The notes beneath the pieces are model-generated. The model was not told where the DNA came from. It worked only from the letters and a program-made list of their open reading frames with translations, and made no database searches. A stretch of DNA of 63,920 nt, counting the filler, from Phoronis australis (Eukaryota > Animalia > Phoronida), in the NCBI GenBank assembly GCA_002633005.1. It is 7 parts of 7 records of this genome, joined end to end, with 100 filler letters (N's around TTAATTAATTAA, not from the genome) between each part and the next. Parts side by side here need not be neighbours in the genome. Positions count along the whole stretch, not along the records: positions 35,065 to 43,335 come from NMRA01001911.1; positions 43,436 to 56,558 come from NMRA01001602.1; 5 more parts are not named here. One strand, 5' to 3'. Of the stretch, positions 37,633 through 50,174 are shown piece by piece. The position numbers were made by a program, and so were the translations under genes. Every line of letters starts with the position of its first letter. Position 1 is the stretch's first letter.

Positions 37633-40106
37633 CCGTGAACGTTCCGGCAGTTAAATTGGCAAACCCAAAAAATCGGGGGTTGGCGGTTATCCAGACATGG
37701 GCGCTTAAACGTGAAATTTCAAGAAATCCAGGGTGGGCAGTTAACCGAACATGGGCGCGTATTACGACAAGCAACCGCCCTGGGCGTTTAATCTTACCTC
37801 GTGATCTAAGTCCCCACAGCATACACGTACTCGAGCTTTAACGTCACTTCGCCACATGACAGGAAAATGTCATAACAGAGGATGATCCCAACAAAGGTTC
37901 TATTGCCCTCAGATTAGTTGTTCACTATTAAATTTACAGAATTGCTGAGTAACAGCCCCGTGCCGTCCTGCAGTCTTGTTACTTTGCCCTGTAGAGCACA
38001 GACGAACATTGGCCACGTAGCCTCTGCTTGGATTGCTACTATTTCAAGATGTGGCCTTGCTAAAGTGCGTGCGTGCAAGCTTCACATGTTGTAGAGGTCA
38101 CCTCGTACTAGCTGTCAAGTTCATAGTCAGAGAGCAATTGTAATAAAAGTTTGAAAAACTTAATTCAGATGTTTTTTGTGTTTGAGATGTTTATAGTCGA
38201 CACTCCGTGACTCAATGACATTTTCAGCGTATGGTTCTGCGGCTAGCTGTTTTATCGACCGCCTGGCATTGCTCACTTGCCGTTGCGCCAAACATGTAAT
38301 ACAAGAATTGGGGGTTAAGTGGCTGTGAGCCACTCGTCAATCAAGAATAAAATTCGAGCCATGGCATAAATATGTGATAAAGCGTCACAAAACAGCGATG
38401 TTTCAATTCATTCTTACCAAACTTCGTGGTGGAAAAACATTTATTTTACATGTAAGATGTCCAGATCCTATTTATATCGCCTACAGTGTCGCACTGCGTC
38501 ACTGTTCGGTCCCGCTGTTAGCGCGCAATGTCTCAGTAGGCTGACAATCGTGATTCGGAAATGCCGTCAAGTAATGTAACGGCCTCTTTCAATATGCATA
38601 GCGGCGGGATTCAGCACGCATGTAGGGCCTGCGTGTGAGTCACCTGTCAATCACATGTTGGTGTCAAGGTAACATGCACTCCAAAGTGTGGGAACTTGCG
38701 CGCGTGCACCACTACAGTCACACATCAAAAGAGAATAGCTACAGTCCTAAGTAACAGAAACGGGCGTGACTATGTACTTTTAAGCTGTTGTTACGAAAGA
38801 CCCAGTTCTTTACGATATTCCTCTGTTGCCAATGTTCCCCAAAACTGCGATGTCAAGTCTATTCAAGCCGATGTTTCCCGCCTCGATGCTAGCTGTGTGC
38901 ATCTCCAGTGGCGGATTTAGAGGGGGCCCAAGGGGGCCATGGCCGCCCCTAAAATTCTCCCAGATTCCATTTGGCAGTACGAGGGTGTGAATGTATGACG
39001 GGCAAAATCCTGGCTAATACTCTGCCCTGGCCCCCCTAACTCAAAATGCTGGATCCGCCCCTGATCTACCCATTATCGCCAATTTTCAGTCGGTCTACGT
39101 CATAGATATTTCAGACTTGAATGGTAAGAATTTTTGTTCAGGCTGAAACTGGCCAGTGTATAAACAAAATTATTCTGGATGGCTAAAAAGGGAATGAGGA
39201 AACGATAATTCACACAGTCACACTTACGTGGGGGCTGACGCAAGAAAAAATAAAGAACAGCCAGCGACATTAGTTAAATGTGCTAACGCCAGTTTGACTG
39301 AGATGCAATAAGTGAAAAACAAAATTTGACTAGCAGTTTTTCATTACTTCAAGATCATACACAAACATACATTATTGCCAAACTTAGAATTCAGAAATCG
39401 ATAGGCAGCATCAAAATCGGTAATCCAGTAAGGCTCTTGTACTGTCCCTTCGGTCGCCACACATCCTCTATAACCAGGCAGTTACATTCATCAAAATATT
39501 GAGAATTTGACATCTTTCCGTGAGTTATGAGATTTCTTCAAAATACTAGAGCTTCCCACCTTAAGAGAATTTGGAGGGTTGGCAAAACCATTGTCACATT
39601 TCTCTGACCTGATTTTTTCGAATATATATTTTATCTAGTGCGCTGCAGACGGAAACTCAGCGCGGCAGACAAAGTCGCTGAAAGCGGAGGTTTTGACACC
39701 GGTGGCGTTCTTAAACTTTGCAAACATGGGAAGAAAATAAAGTGACAAAAACGTTAAAGTATTATATTTTGAAATGAGTCCGTGACCCAAGACAATAACT
39801 CGTTACTTGTATTGTAATTCACATTGCTAAACCACTGTCTCGGAGGCTCGGCATTGTTGTGCTCATTGTGATCATCGATCTTTTTCTAAAAGTCAGGGAA
39901 TTGCACATTTCCTTAGCACTGGGCGCTAAATCTTCATTCTTTAAAAGTCGGTAATGAGCGCTTAACTGAGAGGTGGGCGCTTATCTGGAAATCTTCAAAA
40001 ATCGCGGGGGGCGCTTAACGGAGCAGTGGGCAGTTAAATCGAAAATCCACCTAAAGTAGTGGGTGGGCGGTTAACTGAGCATGGGCGTTAACCCGAACGT
40101 TTACGG
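37633..40106. mobile_element. Tc1/mariner (pogo-like) non-autonomous element ends
   Basis: TA|CCGTGAACGTTC ... GAACGTTTACGG|TA, with repeated TGGGCG(C/G)TTAA-like subterminal motifs near both ends. The interior may contain nested or unrelated DNA. Confidence 0.5.
38906..39063. mobile_element. hAT-like MITE
   Basis: TIRs CAGTGGCGGATTTAG / CTGGATCCGCCCCTG. Related copies at ~60502-60648 and ~60730-60830. An 8-bp TSD is not clearly preserved. Confidence 0.6.
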
Positions 40107-41711
40107 TAAAACTATTGTAAAACAGGTCTCAAATTGTTGTGTAGATTAAATGTGATTTCTGGGCTTGGGTAGAACATGACAGTTTGAAGTTGTTTTTCTG
40201 AAGCCATGCTGGACGTACTCGACTGTGGGGTGTAGTTAGGATTGCCATTTAGGGAGCTGACACAAAAAGGGACTCATTTGTTGTAGGGATCTTAGACAAC
40301 TGAATTTATAACCCATTGAGCTTCAAATGGTACAAGAACAGATGCCATGTCATCAGAAATGAGTACATCTTTTGTGAGAAAAGTTTTAATGATATCAAAA
40401 ACCTTTCTGTAGGAACCTTTTTGAAAGGAAACTAGGCGTGAAAAAATCAGGATTATAAGTGGAAATTAAGTCCTGTATACCTTTTCTGTCACGAATGACC
40501 TCTGCAAGCATAAAATAGCGGGGTCCAGCCAACTTATGGAGCCTGTTCTCAAAAGTGATTTGCTGGTTTGGGAATAACTTGCCGTCCATTATTGCTCGAC
40601 ACTGGTCCTGAAAAGTTGGCTTGACCTGGCTGATCATGTTACGTATTGAACTTGGCCTCAAATAGCAGTGAACTGTCAGTCCTGAAATCACTTCTAATCT
40701 GAGTTCACAAGCAAGAATTTGAGATCACTTCATACAGTGAGTACTCCAGTAAAAGGTAGTTTTTATAGAAGCCACTCGCAGGAGCTTTAGATGGCTAAAA
40801 TTGCATAAAACAATTGAGCTTTCAAATGTGTAGTTTAATGAAATGAGGAAGGATGAGGACTCCTTATCACTTCATTGACCTATCAGCCCATTGTTTAGAC
40901 TGCACTTGGGACAACACTCTTATCTGTCCTACTTTTCACACCTTTAGCCCTATAAGGGCCATTTTAGACCAACCAAACTCTGCTGCAAATACAATGACGA
41001 TGTCAATTGCAAAGTTAGTTGGATTAGCGTCGGTTGCTAATGGAACCATACTTGTCACTTTTAATGCTCGGGTTGTTGAACCAAATATAAATAATTGTGT
41101 ATATTCGGTTAAAAAATGGAATGAAGTGTTTATAGTAATCTTTAATAATTGAAGTAAGTATCAAATAATGATGCAATGCATGGCATGCTGGTATTGACGG
41201 TGACTGCTGGTGATACCACTGATGTTAACCGTTCTCACAGCATCAGAGGGTCAATGCTCTACTGTTAAATCCACCTGTTTATTGTGACAATAACTAGGGA
41301 TTTTAACTTCGATTCAAGATGGAAGCTAACCGACACACCCCTAAACATGGAAGCGTATATGCTGGGGCTCTTTTCAACGGATGTTTTCGTATAGAACACT
41401 TTTGTGAATGTCATGACGTAAGGTGATTAAATCTGACGAACATGACACTTATATTTAATAATTGATGCCCTGTACGGTTTATTTTGGATGGAGTCAAGTG
41501 TGAAATGTATTTTGCTTGGTTGAGTCATTGGATTAATACTTTGTACTTTAAGAAGTCAGTACAAAGGAAGTGTTTCTTTTCTGAATTAACATTTTGAAAT
41601 AATTTTTGTGCTCAGACATGTCTAGGTACTTGCTGTACAATTTACTGTGAAATCTCATCTATTTAGGACACAATATGACGGACAGGTGACATTTTATTTT
41701 GTAATTCTTAC

Positions 41712-43231
41712 TTTTTATGCACCCACGGATTTTGACGAAATTTGGTGCAAGGATGTAGAGCATCACTAGAACGGTTCTTGCCTCTTTTCAATCTGCCCTG
41801 CCCCCTGGGATCAGGGGGTATGGCTTTTTCTGTATTTTGGTGGAAGAGTGTTTCCGGATGATATCTAGAGAACCGATGTACTGATTACATTGAACCTTGA
41901 CAAAGATATTCTGCAGTGCCTTCCTGTGGCCATTTTGTGTGAGAGCATTTCCATATGATATGTAGAGAACAGAGTGAAGGATTTCAATTAAGTTGACACA
42001 GAGGTTTGTTGTGCCGATGTGCTGGCACCATTAAATTTTCAGGCAGATTTGATCACTGTTGCATTTCCTAGGGTCCATTTTGTTTTTTGAAGTGTTGTTT
42101 GGGAGAAGAGCGTTTCGGGATGATATCTAAAGAACCGATTGACAGATTTCATTGAAACTTGACACGGAGGTTTATATGATATTGCGCTGGCACCATTTAC
42201 TTTTCGGGCGGATTCGACAACTACTCTGCCTTCTAGTGGACTTCTTGTGTGATGTAGAAAACCGGATGAAGGATTTCAATGAAAGTTGAAACAGAGGTTT
42301 GTTGTGACAATGCGACAGCACATCGGGCAGATTTGACCACTGTAGCACCTCCTAGTGGCCTTTTTGTTTTCGATATGGGCATTTGAAGGGTTGTGTGAGG
42401 GACGAGCAATTCTGGGTGATGTCAAGAAGACAGAGAGACGGATTTCGATAAAACTGGACACAGAGGTATATGATGTCAATGTGCTGGCATCAGTTGATTT
42501 TCGGATGGATTCGACCACTGCACCTCCTAGTGGCTATTTCGGGAAGAACATTTCTGGATGATGTCTTTTGAATCGACTTAAGGATTTTAATGTAATTTGC
42601 CACAGGTATGTGATGGCACTGCGCTATAACCATTGAATTTTTGTGTAGATTTGACTACTGCATCATCTATCACCATTAAATTTTTGTGCAGATTCAACTA
42701 CTGCATCAGCTCTTAGTGGCAATTTTGTTCTCAAGGGTTCTCATGTGTTGTTTGGGGAAAGAGCAATTCTGGATGATATCTAAAAAATGATTGACGGATG
42801 TCAACAAGAGTTGATACCACAGACATATGTGAAGACAATGTGCCAGACTTTGTTTTCGGGAAGGATTTGTGCATCACAGCATTCTGGCTTGGAACTTTTC
42901 ATGTGTTGTTTAGGGGAAGAGTGTTTCTGGATGGTACCAATTGAACTGATTGATGGATTTCAATGAAAAGTTAAATGGTTCGTATGATGACCATATGCCA
43001 GCACCATTTTGTTCTCAAAAAGGGACTTTTCAAGTGTTGTTTAGGGGAAGAGTGTTTGTGGATTACCTGTATAGAACTGACTAACAGATTTCAATGAAAC
43101 TTCACTCAGCAGTATATGACGACAATGCGCCAGCACTATTTGATTTTTGGGCTGATTCCTAGTGGCCCTTAAAAACATATTGTATGTAAATGCACCGTGG
43201 GCGCATGTCAACACCCCAGCATTGCTCTTGT
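41712..43231 (+). mobile_element. Helentron-like non-autonomous element (HINE) with an internal diverged tandem array
   Basis: Starts in a T-run with subTIR ATGCACCCACGG (41717-41728). The complementary CCGTGGGCGCAT lies at 43195-43206, ~25 bp before the end CTCTTG|TTT. The interior repeats 'gatttcaatgaaacttgacacagaggt' and 'ggaagagtgtttc.ggatgatatc'. Confidence 0.7.
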
Positions 43232-44564
43232 TTGTAAGTGATATATAGTACTAGAATGATGATTTGCCATGTATCGAAATGTACTGCGAAATAGCCACCA
43301 ACAAAATATTTGTGGGCATTCACAACAATGTTGGANNNNNNNNNNNNNNNNNNNNNNNNNNNNNNNNNNNNNNNNNNNNTTAATTAATTAANNNNNNNNN
43401 NNNNNNNNNNNNNNNNNNNNNNNNNNNNNNNNNNNATAGCCAACGCTAAAAATTGCGAAACGTTGTACAATTGGACCATGAAACTCCAGTTGAGCTGAAT
43501 CAGGTAGTTTGGAAGGACTCCTCTAACGTAAATTACAGCATTGATGTTATGTTCTGTATCTTTGAACAATGGGTACGCCAGTTCTAAATTAATTAACTAG
43601 GGTAAGTTTTTAACACAGGTCTACACACGTAAGCGATAAGGCATGCCCACGTTCAGATACACCCAAGTGTTGTTTATAACAAAAAAATTCGCACAGATAC
43701 GCCCAGGGCGAATATTTTGGGGGAAAAGCATAATTGATCCTACATCTTTACCCAGATTCATCAGCCGTATCTAAAAGTGTTTAACCATGAACTCTTGCAT
43801 GTGGGCACCGCTGTATTTACTCTCTTGGTTTACGGGCTCACCCGGAGCATTATCGTACCGGAGTATATCTTCGTCACTACCACATATACGGCCCAGCAAT
43901 ATTGAAGCTGGGTCTTTTTAACACAAAATTGATGATTTACAGGAGAGATTAAAATGGTCGGGAGAAGAAATTTGTGCCGTAGGGCTACCCTGATCTGTTT
44001 TTGTCCAATTACACTTTCTGCATTTACTTACGTTGTTCCGTTCCATGTTATTCCATATTTACGCAGTGAAAATTTCTTGGGATTTAAAGGAATCATGCAC
44101 TCTTTCAAGTAATAAAAACGGCCAAGAGAACCCACAAGCGTGAAATGAAATTCAAGAATAAATTTCGTATTTCGTCTGATTCAAACGCTAAGTATAACCT
44201 GTGGTCGTGCACCGTTGCTTGGTCATGTGAAAGAAAAAAAAAACAATGACAAAATATAATTTACTTCCGTTCCAGGTTCTTGTACATTTGGGTATACAAT
44301 GTGGGTTTGAATAACATCAAGGTTTCAAACTCCTGAAGATGAGTTGTAGCAAATACAAAAAGCATCATGAGATTTTTTGTAATGGCAGACGCCGGTAAAA
44401 CTGGCCACTGTTTAAAAAACTTCTTTGTAAATGGTTTTATGAGGTTTGCTCTAGCCAGGAAGCACTTATGTGTGGAATGATAATGGGCACCACAACAAAA
44501 TTGAAACAAGAAGCTAATTACTATGTTTTACACTAAACCAATACAAAACTATACAAGGACGTAC

Positions 44565-44747
44565 CTTTATTGGTAGATTTAGCCCTAGTGGTCTCAGCAC
44601 TTTGCCAGCCCAGGGCCCGGGCAGTATCATCAGATGTTTGGCACGGTAGCTCCCTCTTTTGGTGATAACTTGAACGATGTTACCAGGAATGATTTCCACT
44701 ACATGTCGGTCATCTAACAGAGTACCGCCGTATTTCACGAACATATC
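44565..44747 (-). CDS. PIPOX: Peroxisomal sarcosine/L-pipecolate oxidase-like, coding exon 4
   Basis: AG/GT bounded, 183 nt, phase 0-0. DMFVKYGGTLLDDRHVVEIIPGNIVQVITKRGSYRAKHLMILPGPWAGKVLRPLGLNLPIK. Confidence 0.92.
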
Positions 44748-45119
44748 CTGTAAACAGGATGGCTTCTCATGTACCCTGTAGCCTATATCTGTGGATTGCA
44801 ATGCTTATTTCATTACACACAATCTGATATGCCCCAGCTGACTTAAAAGTGTAATACAAGTCACAAGCTACACCTGATCCCTAAAAAGACGAATTGACGA
44901 TACGGACACAGAAATGAGTTCAAATGATTTATTCCTGTCAGCTTAAACTGGCGTAATTGGTGACAATGAAGCGTTGGTAAGATGCGCAAATTTTAACAGA
45001 ATTACACCAATCTTATACAACACTTTAATTTAGCAGTTCGATTTCCTAACGTGAATGTGTTTTTCTTTTCCCTATACTGTCGCAAAAATCTGCGAGGCTA
45101 ATGACTCCCTGCGGTTTAA

Positions 45120-45885
45120 AGGCGGAGGCAACCTTTTTTCATGTCACTTTTAGCAAAAATATGGTCTGTTGATTATCCCAGACATATTTTTCACTTAATT
45201 ACAGCTTTTCGTAATTTAATTAATTTCTCATCCTCTACTCCGGAAGTGACGTTTTGGGAGGCAGGAATTTCGCGCCAATTTCTTTTCATACAGTCAGACT
45301 GTGAGAGCTGTCAAGTCAGTCATTGTTCTACCTCGGATGTGATAAGTTCGGTCGTCGTTTGCTTTTATTTACGAGTCAGTCAACATGCCACGCTGTTGCT
45401 GCGTACCAGGATGTACTCATTATCGTCTCAGACGCGCTTTGGGTACCTTGTATCGCTTTCCGAAGGATGACACACTTCGCCGTACTTGGCTAGCTCGTTC
45501 GTGTGAAGAACGCAGCTCTACCCGTCCACGCAACGTACAAAGCAGTGGCAAGCATTTTCAGCCGTCAGATTACGATAGAGATATGTACGCTGAATTGATG
45601 AAGGTCCCTGCGAAACAACGCCTAAAGCAGGGTTCCGTACCGTCGCTGCTGATTCCCGGCAGTGTCCCGTCGCCCCTCCCCCCCCCGAGAAGTGCGTTTT
45701 TGAAGCGAGAAGCCTCGCGAGCTGTGGCCACTATAAACAGTGACTGGAGGCACTTCATCTACTGTCACCCATGCCTCAGAACGTACCCGATAGCGTGCAA
45801 TTCCAGGAACTAGCAGTGATTCCCCGTGTGCTGTTGTCTCTAGCCCAGAGCCTGTAAGCAGCCCTGCACCGATGTTGAGTAGTGG
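45120..45885 (+). mobile_element. Kolobok-like DNA transposon left part carrying a THAP ORF (right end not seen; gap follows)
   Basis: TTAA|AGGCGGAGGCAACC at 45116-45133, followed by the THAP ORF at 45385. Confidence 0.5.
45385..45813 (+). CDS. THAP zinc-finger domain ORF, probably transposon-derived
   Basis: MPRCCCVPGC...LYRFPKD..LRRTWL...SSGKHFQPSDY...RLKQGSVPSL has the THAP P, W, HF and (A/S)VPS signatures. The third Zn-binding Cys is missing. Confidence 0.7.
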   Translation: MPRCCCVPGCTHYRLRRALGTLYRFPKDDTLRRTWLARSCEERSSTRPRNVQSSGKHFQPSDYDRDMYAELMKVPAKQRLKQGSVPSLLIPGSVPSPLPPPRSAFLKREASRAVATINSDWRHFIYCHPCLRTYPIACNSRN

Positions 45886-46638
45886 NNNNNNNNNNNNNNN
45901 NNNNNNNNNNNNNNNNNNNNNNNNNNNNNNNNNNNNNNNNNNNNNNNNNNNNNNNNNNNNNNNNNNNNNNNNNNNNNNNNNNNNNNNNNNNNNNNNNNNN
46001 NNNNNNNNNNNNNNNNNNNNNNNNNNNNNNNNNNNNNNNNNNNNNNNNNNNNNNNNNNNNNNNNNNNNNNNNNNNNNNNNNNNNNNNNNNNNNNNNNNNN
46101 NNNNNNNNNNNNNNNNNNNNNNNNNNNNNNNNNNNNNNNNNNNNNNNNNNNNNNNNNNNNNNNNNNNNNNNNNNNNNNNNNNNNNNNNNNNNNNNNNNNN
46201 NNNNNNNNNNNNNNNNNNNNNNNNNNNNNNNNNNNNNNNNNNNNNNNNNNNNNNNNNNNNNNNNNNNNNNNNNNNNNNNNNNNNNNNNNNNNNNNNNNNN
46301 NNNNNNNNNNNNNNNNNNNNNNNNNNNNNNNNNNNNNNNNNNNNNNNNNNNNNNNNNNNNNNNNNNNNNNNNNNNNNNNNNNNNNNNNNNNNNNNNNNNN
46401 NNNNNNNNNNNNNNNNNNNNNNNNNNNNNNNNNNNNNNNNNNNNNNNNNNNNNNNNNNNNNNNNNNNNNNNNNNNNNNNNNNNNNNNNNNNNNNNNNNNN
46501 NNNNNNNNNNNNNNNNNNNNNNNNNNNNNNNNNNNNNNNNNNNNNNNNNNNNNNNNNNNNNNNNNNNNNNNNNNNNNNNNNNNNNNNNNNNNNNNNNNNN
46601 NNNNNNNNNNNNNNNNNNNNNNNNNNNNNNNNNNNNNN
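45886..46638. other. Sized assembly gap (N run)
   Basis: About 750 N. The long X-filled ORFs across it are artefacts. Confidence 0.99.
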
Positions 46639-46819
46639 TTTTTGTTTGAAAGTCGTATAAAGCAAAACAAAGAACGTGGGTACTAAAATATATCAAAATA
46701 TCCCCCGCGTTTCGAGCGGTACGCTCTTTATCAAGGGTATGACAGAGACTGTTGAATAGAAAGATATATAAAGTAGCACAGATGATCGTGTGCTGATATT
46801 TCGTGACAACCATGTACCG

Positions 46820-47030
46820 GAGCACTAAGGGTTCGGGCCCTGCGCTACTGGTAACTGTTCCTAATGGGCGACGGAGCAGTATAAAGACAACCAAATTTCG
46901 TAACAGCCTTCTACCAGAGCACTAAGGGTTCGGGCCCTGCGCCACTGGTAACTGTTCCGAAGGGGCGTCGGGGCAGTATAAAGACCACGAAAAAAGCTGT
47001 CCCGACCGGGCTGTATAAAGACAACCAATC
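46820..47030. repeat. ~100-bp tandem duplication in a probable retroelement LTR/UTR remnant
   Basis: 'gagcactaagggttcgggccctgcgc.actggtaactgttcc' occurs twice and 'gtataaaga(c/a)' three times. Confidence 0.7.
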
Positions 47031-48811
47031 AGTAGCATGACAGCTGTTGCCAACAAGCCGGCTTCATGCGAATCAAACTCTAAGCTGTTGCCATCAAGCC
47101 AGCTTCACCTCTACGATGTCAATAACGCTGTTGCCATCCAGCCAGCGTCTCGTCTCCAGAAGAAGATCAAGAACACCACCTCTACCACCACCGGCCTACC
47201 AGGTCCTGCCCTCGATCCTCGTCCACACCAACCACAGCAAGGACAGAAGGCGAGATCCTCCAATCTCTCGAACCTGTCTGAGGGCTTCGCCCTCATCTAC
47301 TCTACTCTCGTGTGCTGATACACAATGAGCAATAGGAACAATGTGGTTTACGACAACCGACAGTGGCGATACGCATGGAGGAAGGGTCTATCTCAGTTTA
47401 CGGTATACGGATCACTCCCTATCGTACGACTTACATTTTATTTAATTGAAGAAATAAATGAAAGGAAAAGAAATGCATTTGCCTATTATTCGTTCACAGC
47501 TATGTCTTTATTTTTCCACTTACATGTACGGTGACGAAACAGTCAGAAGTGTAGCAGTCATCTGCCACTGTATTTGTGCATTCCAGTCTTCGTCCGAATC
47601 GGCGATGCCACCGACTCGCTAAGTTGCTTACTGGTCCGAACCAGTAGGCCTACGGTCCGTTTGCGTTCTCCAGAGCCCGCTCTCGAGGTGTTTCGTTATC
47701 AATAGCTTCTGTGTCTGATGCTTCGTTTCGTGCGAGTAAAAATCTTTCTAAATTCCTCGTTGTTCGAAGACTCGTCGCTATAACCCTCGTATTCCATATT
47801 AGTTCCTCGCGGCCTTGTGGGGGTGACTGAGTGTAACGTTCGTGCCTGCCACTTTGACTTGTCGTCACCATCGATTACATAACCGCACAAGCCTGTATTA
47901 AGAATTGACCTGGGGCAGTTTCCCACTTCCTAAACCGGAACAAAAGAACCAGCCTAACATACTGTAGTAAATTGCTAGTGTTCCCACAGGACCGGATAAA
48001 CAGTAAACATCTAATTAGGAAGACCACAACATGGCACATGTATCCGACCATGTTGAATAAGTCCCGAATAAAGGTGAAGCAAAATGGGTCAAACACAGAC
48101 GCTTGATCAAGTTGCATTGTCCTTAGTGTTCAGAGGTTCCGCTGGGTTTTTGAAACGCTAGTCCATATTAATTAAATTCCGGTTCCGAATCGTCCGTCAC
48201 TTAAATTTAAGTTTGCTTTCTAGGATAAAATTGAGACAACGATGTATGAACAGTGTCGTCGTAAGGTACACACTAAGATGTTTTTCTCCTTTTTAACTCC
48301 GTTTCTCGAACGTTTCGCTCGCAATTTCGGGTTCACGGAAGTGGCGGTCGTTTTGCGGAGTTTCAGGTCAGTGGGAAAGCGTAGCCATCGTAAATTCTCT
48401 CAAAATTGGTAGATAGTTGAAATGCAGAGTTGCGCAACTCTGATGGAAGTAGTCACTATAGGGGTCGCGACATGCAGTACACGGCGTTCAATACGAGTAG
48501 ACTAGAGAATCAACTACATCATCGTTCATTTATAATCCCCCAATGTGGCCAGCGAAGAGGATTTAGTAGAAAGGTGATGGGAGTCGCGATGGAGCTGTCT
48601 AGTGATAAATCGGAGTTTCGCAACTGAGAAATGGACTTTCGGTTTATGTGGCCTCATGCTGTTTTTACACAGGCGGGGATACATTTCGAACTTTGGTGAG
48701 ATTATGCAAAAAGATTTCGATTTTGTCAAACTTGTTGCTAAGTTTGAAAGCCCGCAAGTTTTCGATTCCAGCGCCACTTATTACAAATGTCGCAGATTGT
48801 ACAGTAGTTAC

Positions 48812-49025
48812 CTGGTACGTTCTGACCGCCCTATCGGCGATGATGGAACCAGCCTCAGGATCGAAGAACGCGTTGCAGTCAGGGTCACAGGTTACAGTCG
48901 GGAATTGCTTTTGAGTCTCTTCATAGGATAACCAACTGTATGGAAGGTTGAACTTGTCGAAGGAGTTTTTCATTGTGTGTAGGGTACGAAAGGGTGGCTT
49001 TTCAATCTTTAACAATCCTTTATTC
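48812..49025 (-). CDS. PIPOX: PIPOX-like coding exon 3
   Basis: AG/GT bounded, 214 nt, phase 2-0. (R)NKGLLKIEKPP...LSYEETQKQFPTVTCDPDCNAFFDPEAGSIIADRAVRTYQ. Confidence 0.92.
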
Positions 49026-49757
49026 CTGTGTAAAAGAAATGAAGGCGAACTTGACAGAAGCCTTCTTGGTTATGAAACGTGAGCTCCCTCTTGGAAGACT
49101 AATGCGAGCAACTAGACATTTTGATACTGGTTTTTGATCAATTACGAACGTGTATAATACAAAAGTGACCGCGGAAATGTACAAACGCTTAAATATACTT
49201 ATTAAACTGTATGTAATTCATAAAGTACAAATGCTAAACGATATTTTTTAAACATTCTAATTTTGATTGACATTTTATGGCCATAGCACAGTAGGCCTAG
49301 ACACCTTAAACTACGACTCAAAGTTAACAGTAGTAATTTTTGTTATTACAGTATTAAAACACCCAGCATGTATGCAACAATTAATATATATAATTAGAAT
49401 AAATATAATAATTAACATGCAAAATATTATTTCCATGATGGTCCATACCAAAATGAAAGTCATAATAAATGTCCTGGTCCAAGCATTGACTGTCATATTT
49501 TCACATTTATTTCTTCCTGTGTCCATGCTATCATTTCGCAATTTTACGCAGAAGCAAAACATATCATGATCCCCAAGGGCTGAATCTTGTCGTTTTCAAA
49601 CAAGCCATTGCATCGGGTTGAACAGAGATGACCACTTTTACTAAGTTATTATGCACGTATTCAGAACCATAAACTCTGTTGAACAAAATTCTAGTGTTAA
49701 ACAGCACTCTTAACGCAATATGTAACACCTGAGTACATTCCACCAAAATGTTCTCAC

Positions 49758-49909
49758 CTGTTAATAAGCTTTATGTCAGCTTCTTTTTCCAAATCAAACC
49801 ACATGTCATACGCTTCTAGCATCATTTTAGCATAGATTTCCGTGTCATATGCTTTTCGGATGATTCTCGACTGACCACTTGAACTCCCTCTGGTGTGTGG
49901 TAACAAAAA
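49758..49909 (-). CDS. PIPOX: PIPOX-like coding exon 2
   Basis: AG/GT bounded, 152 nt, phase 0-2. FLLPHTRGSSSGQSRIIRKAYDTEIYAKMMLEAYDMWFDLEKEADIKLIN carries the family motif RGSSxGQSRIIRKAY. Confidence 0.95.
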
Positions 49910-50174
49910 CTGGAGAGTAATAAAACATAATTATCTTCTTTATGTACTTACACTGGAATGCAGTGTCAGATAGTGTAAGTATTATACTTTCAGATGAAGT
50001 ATCGCGAAAAGTTTTACGTAATACAAACGAAGAGGATTTTTCACTACAGTCAGCCAAGCTGACAAAAGAGAGGTTTCGCAAAGCGACGTGAACGTGAATT
50101 ATCCCCCCATTATTCCGCGTCATACGTGCCATTGTTTGCTTTGACGTAATCCAGATAGTGTTTTAGATATTCAG

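Noticed and set aside
45622-46894. Long ORFs of 255-372 aa
   Set aside because: Made almost entirely of N-derived X residues.
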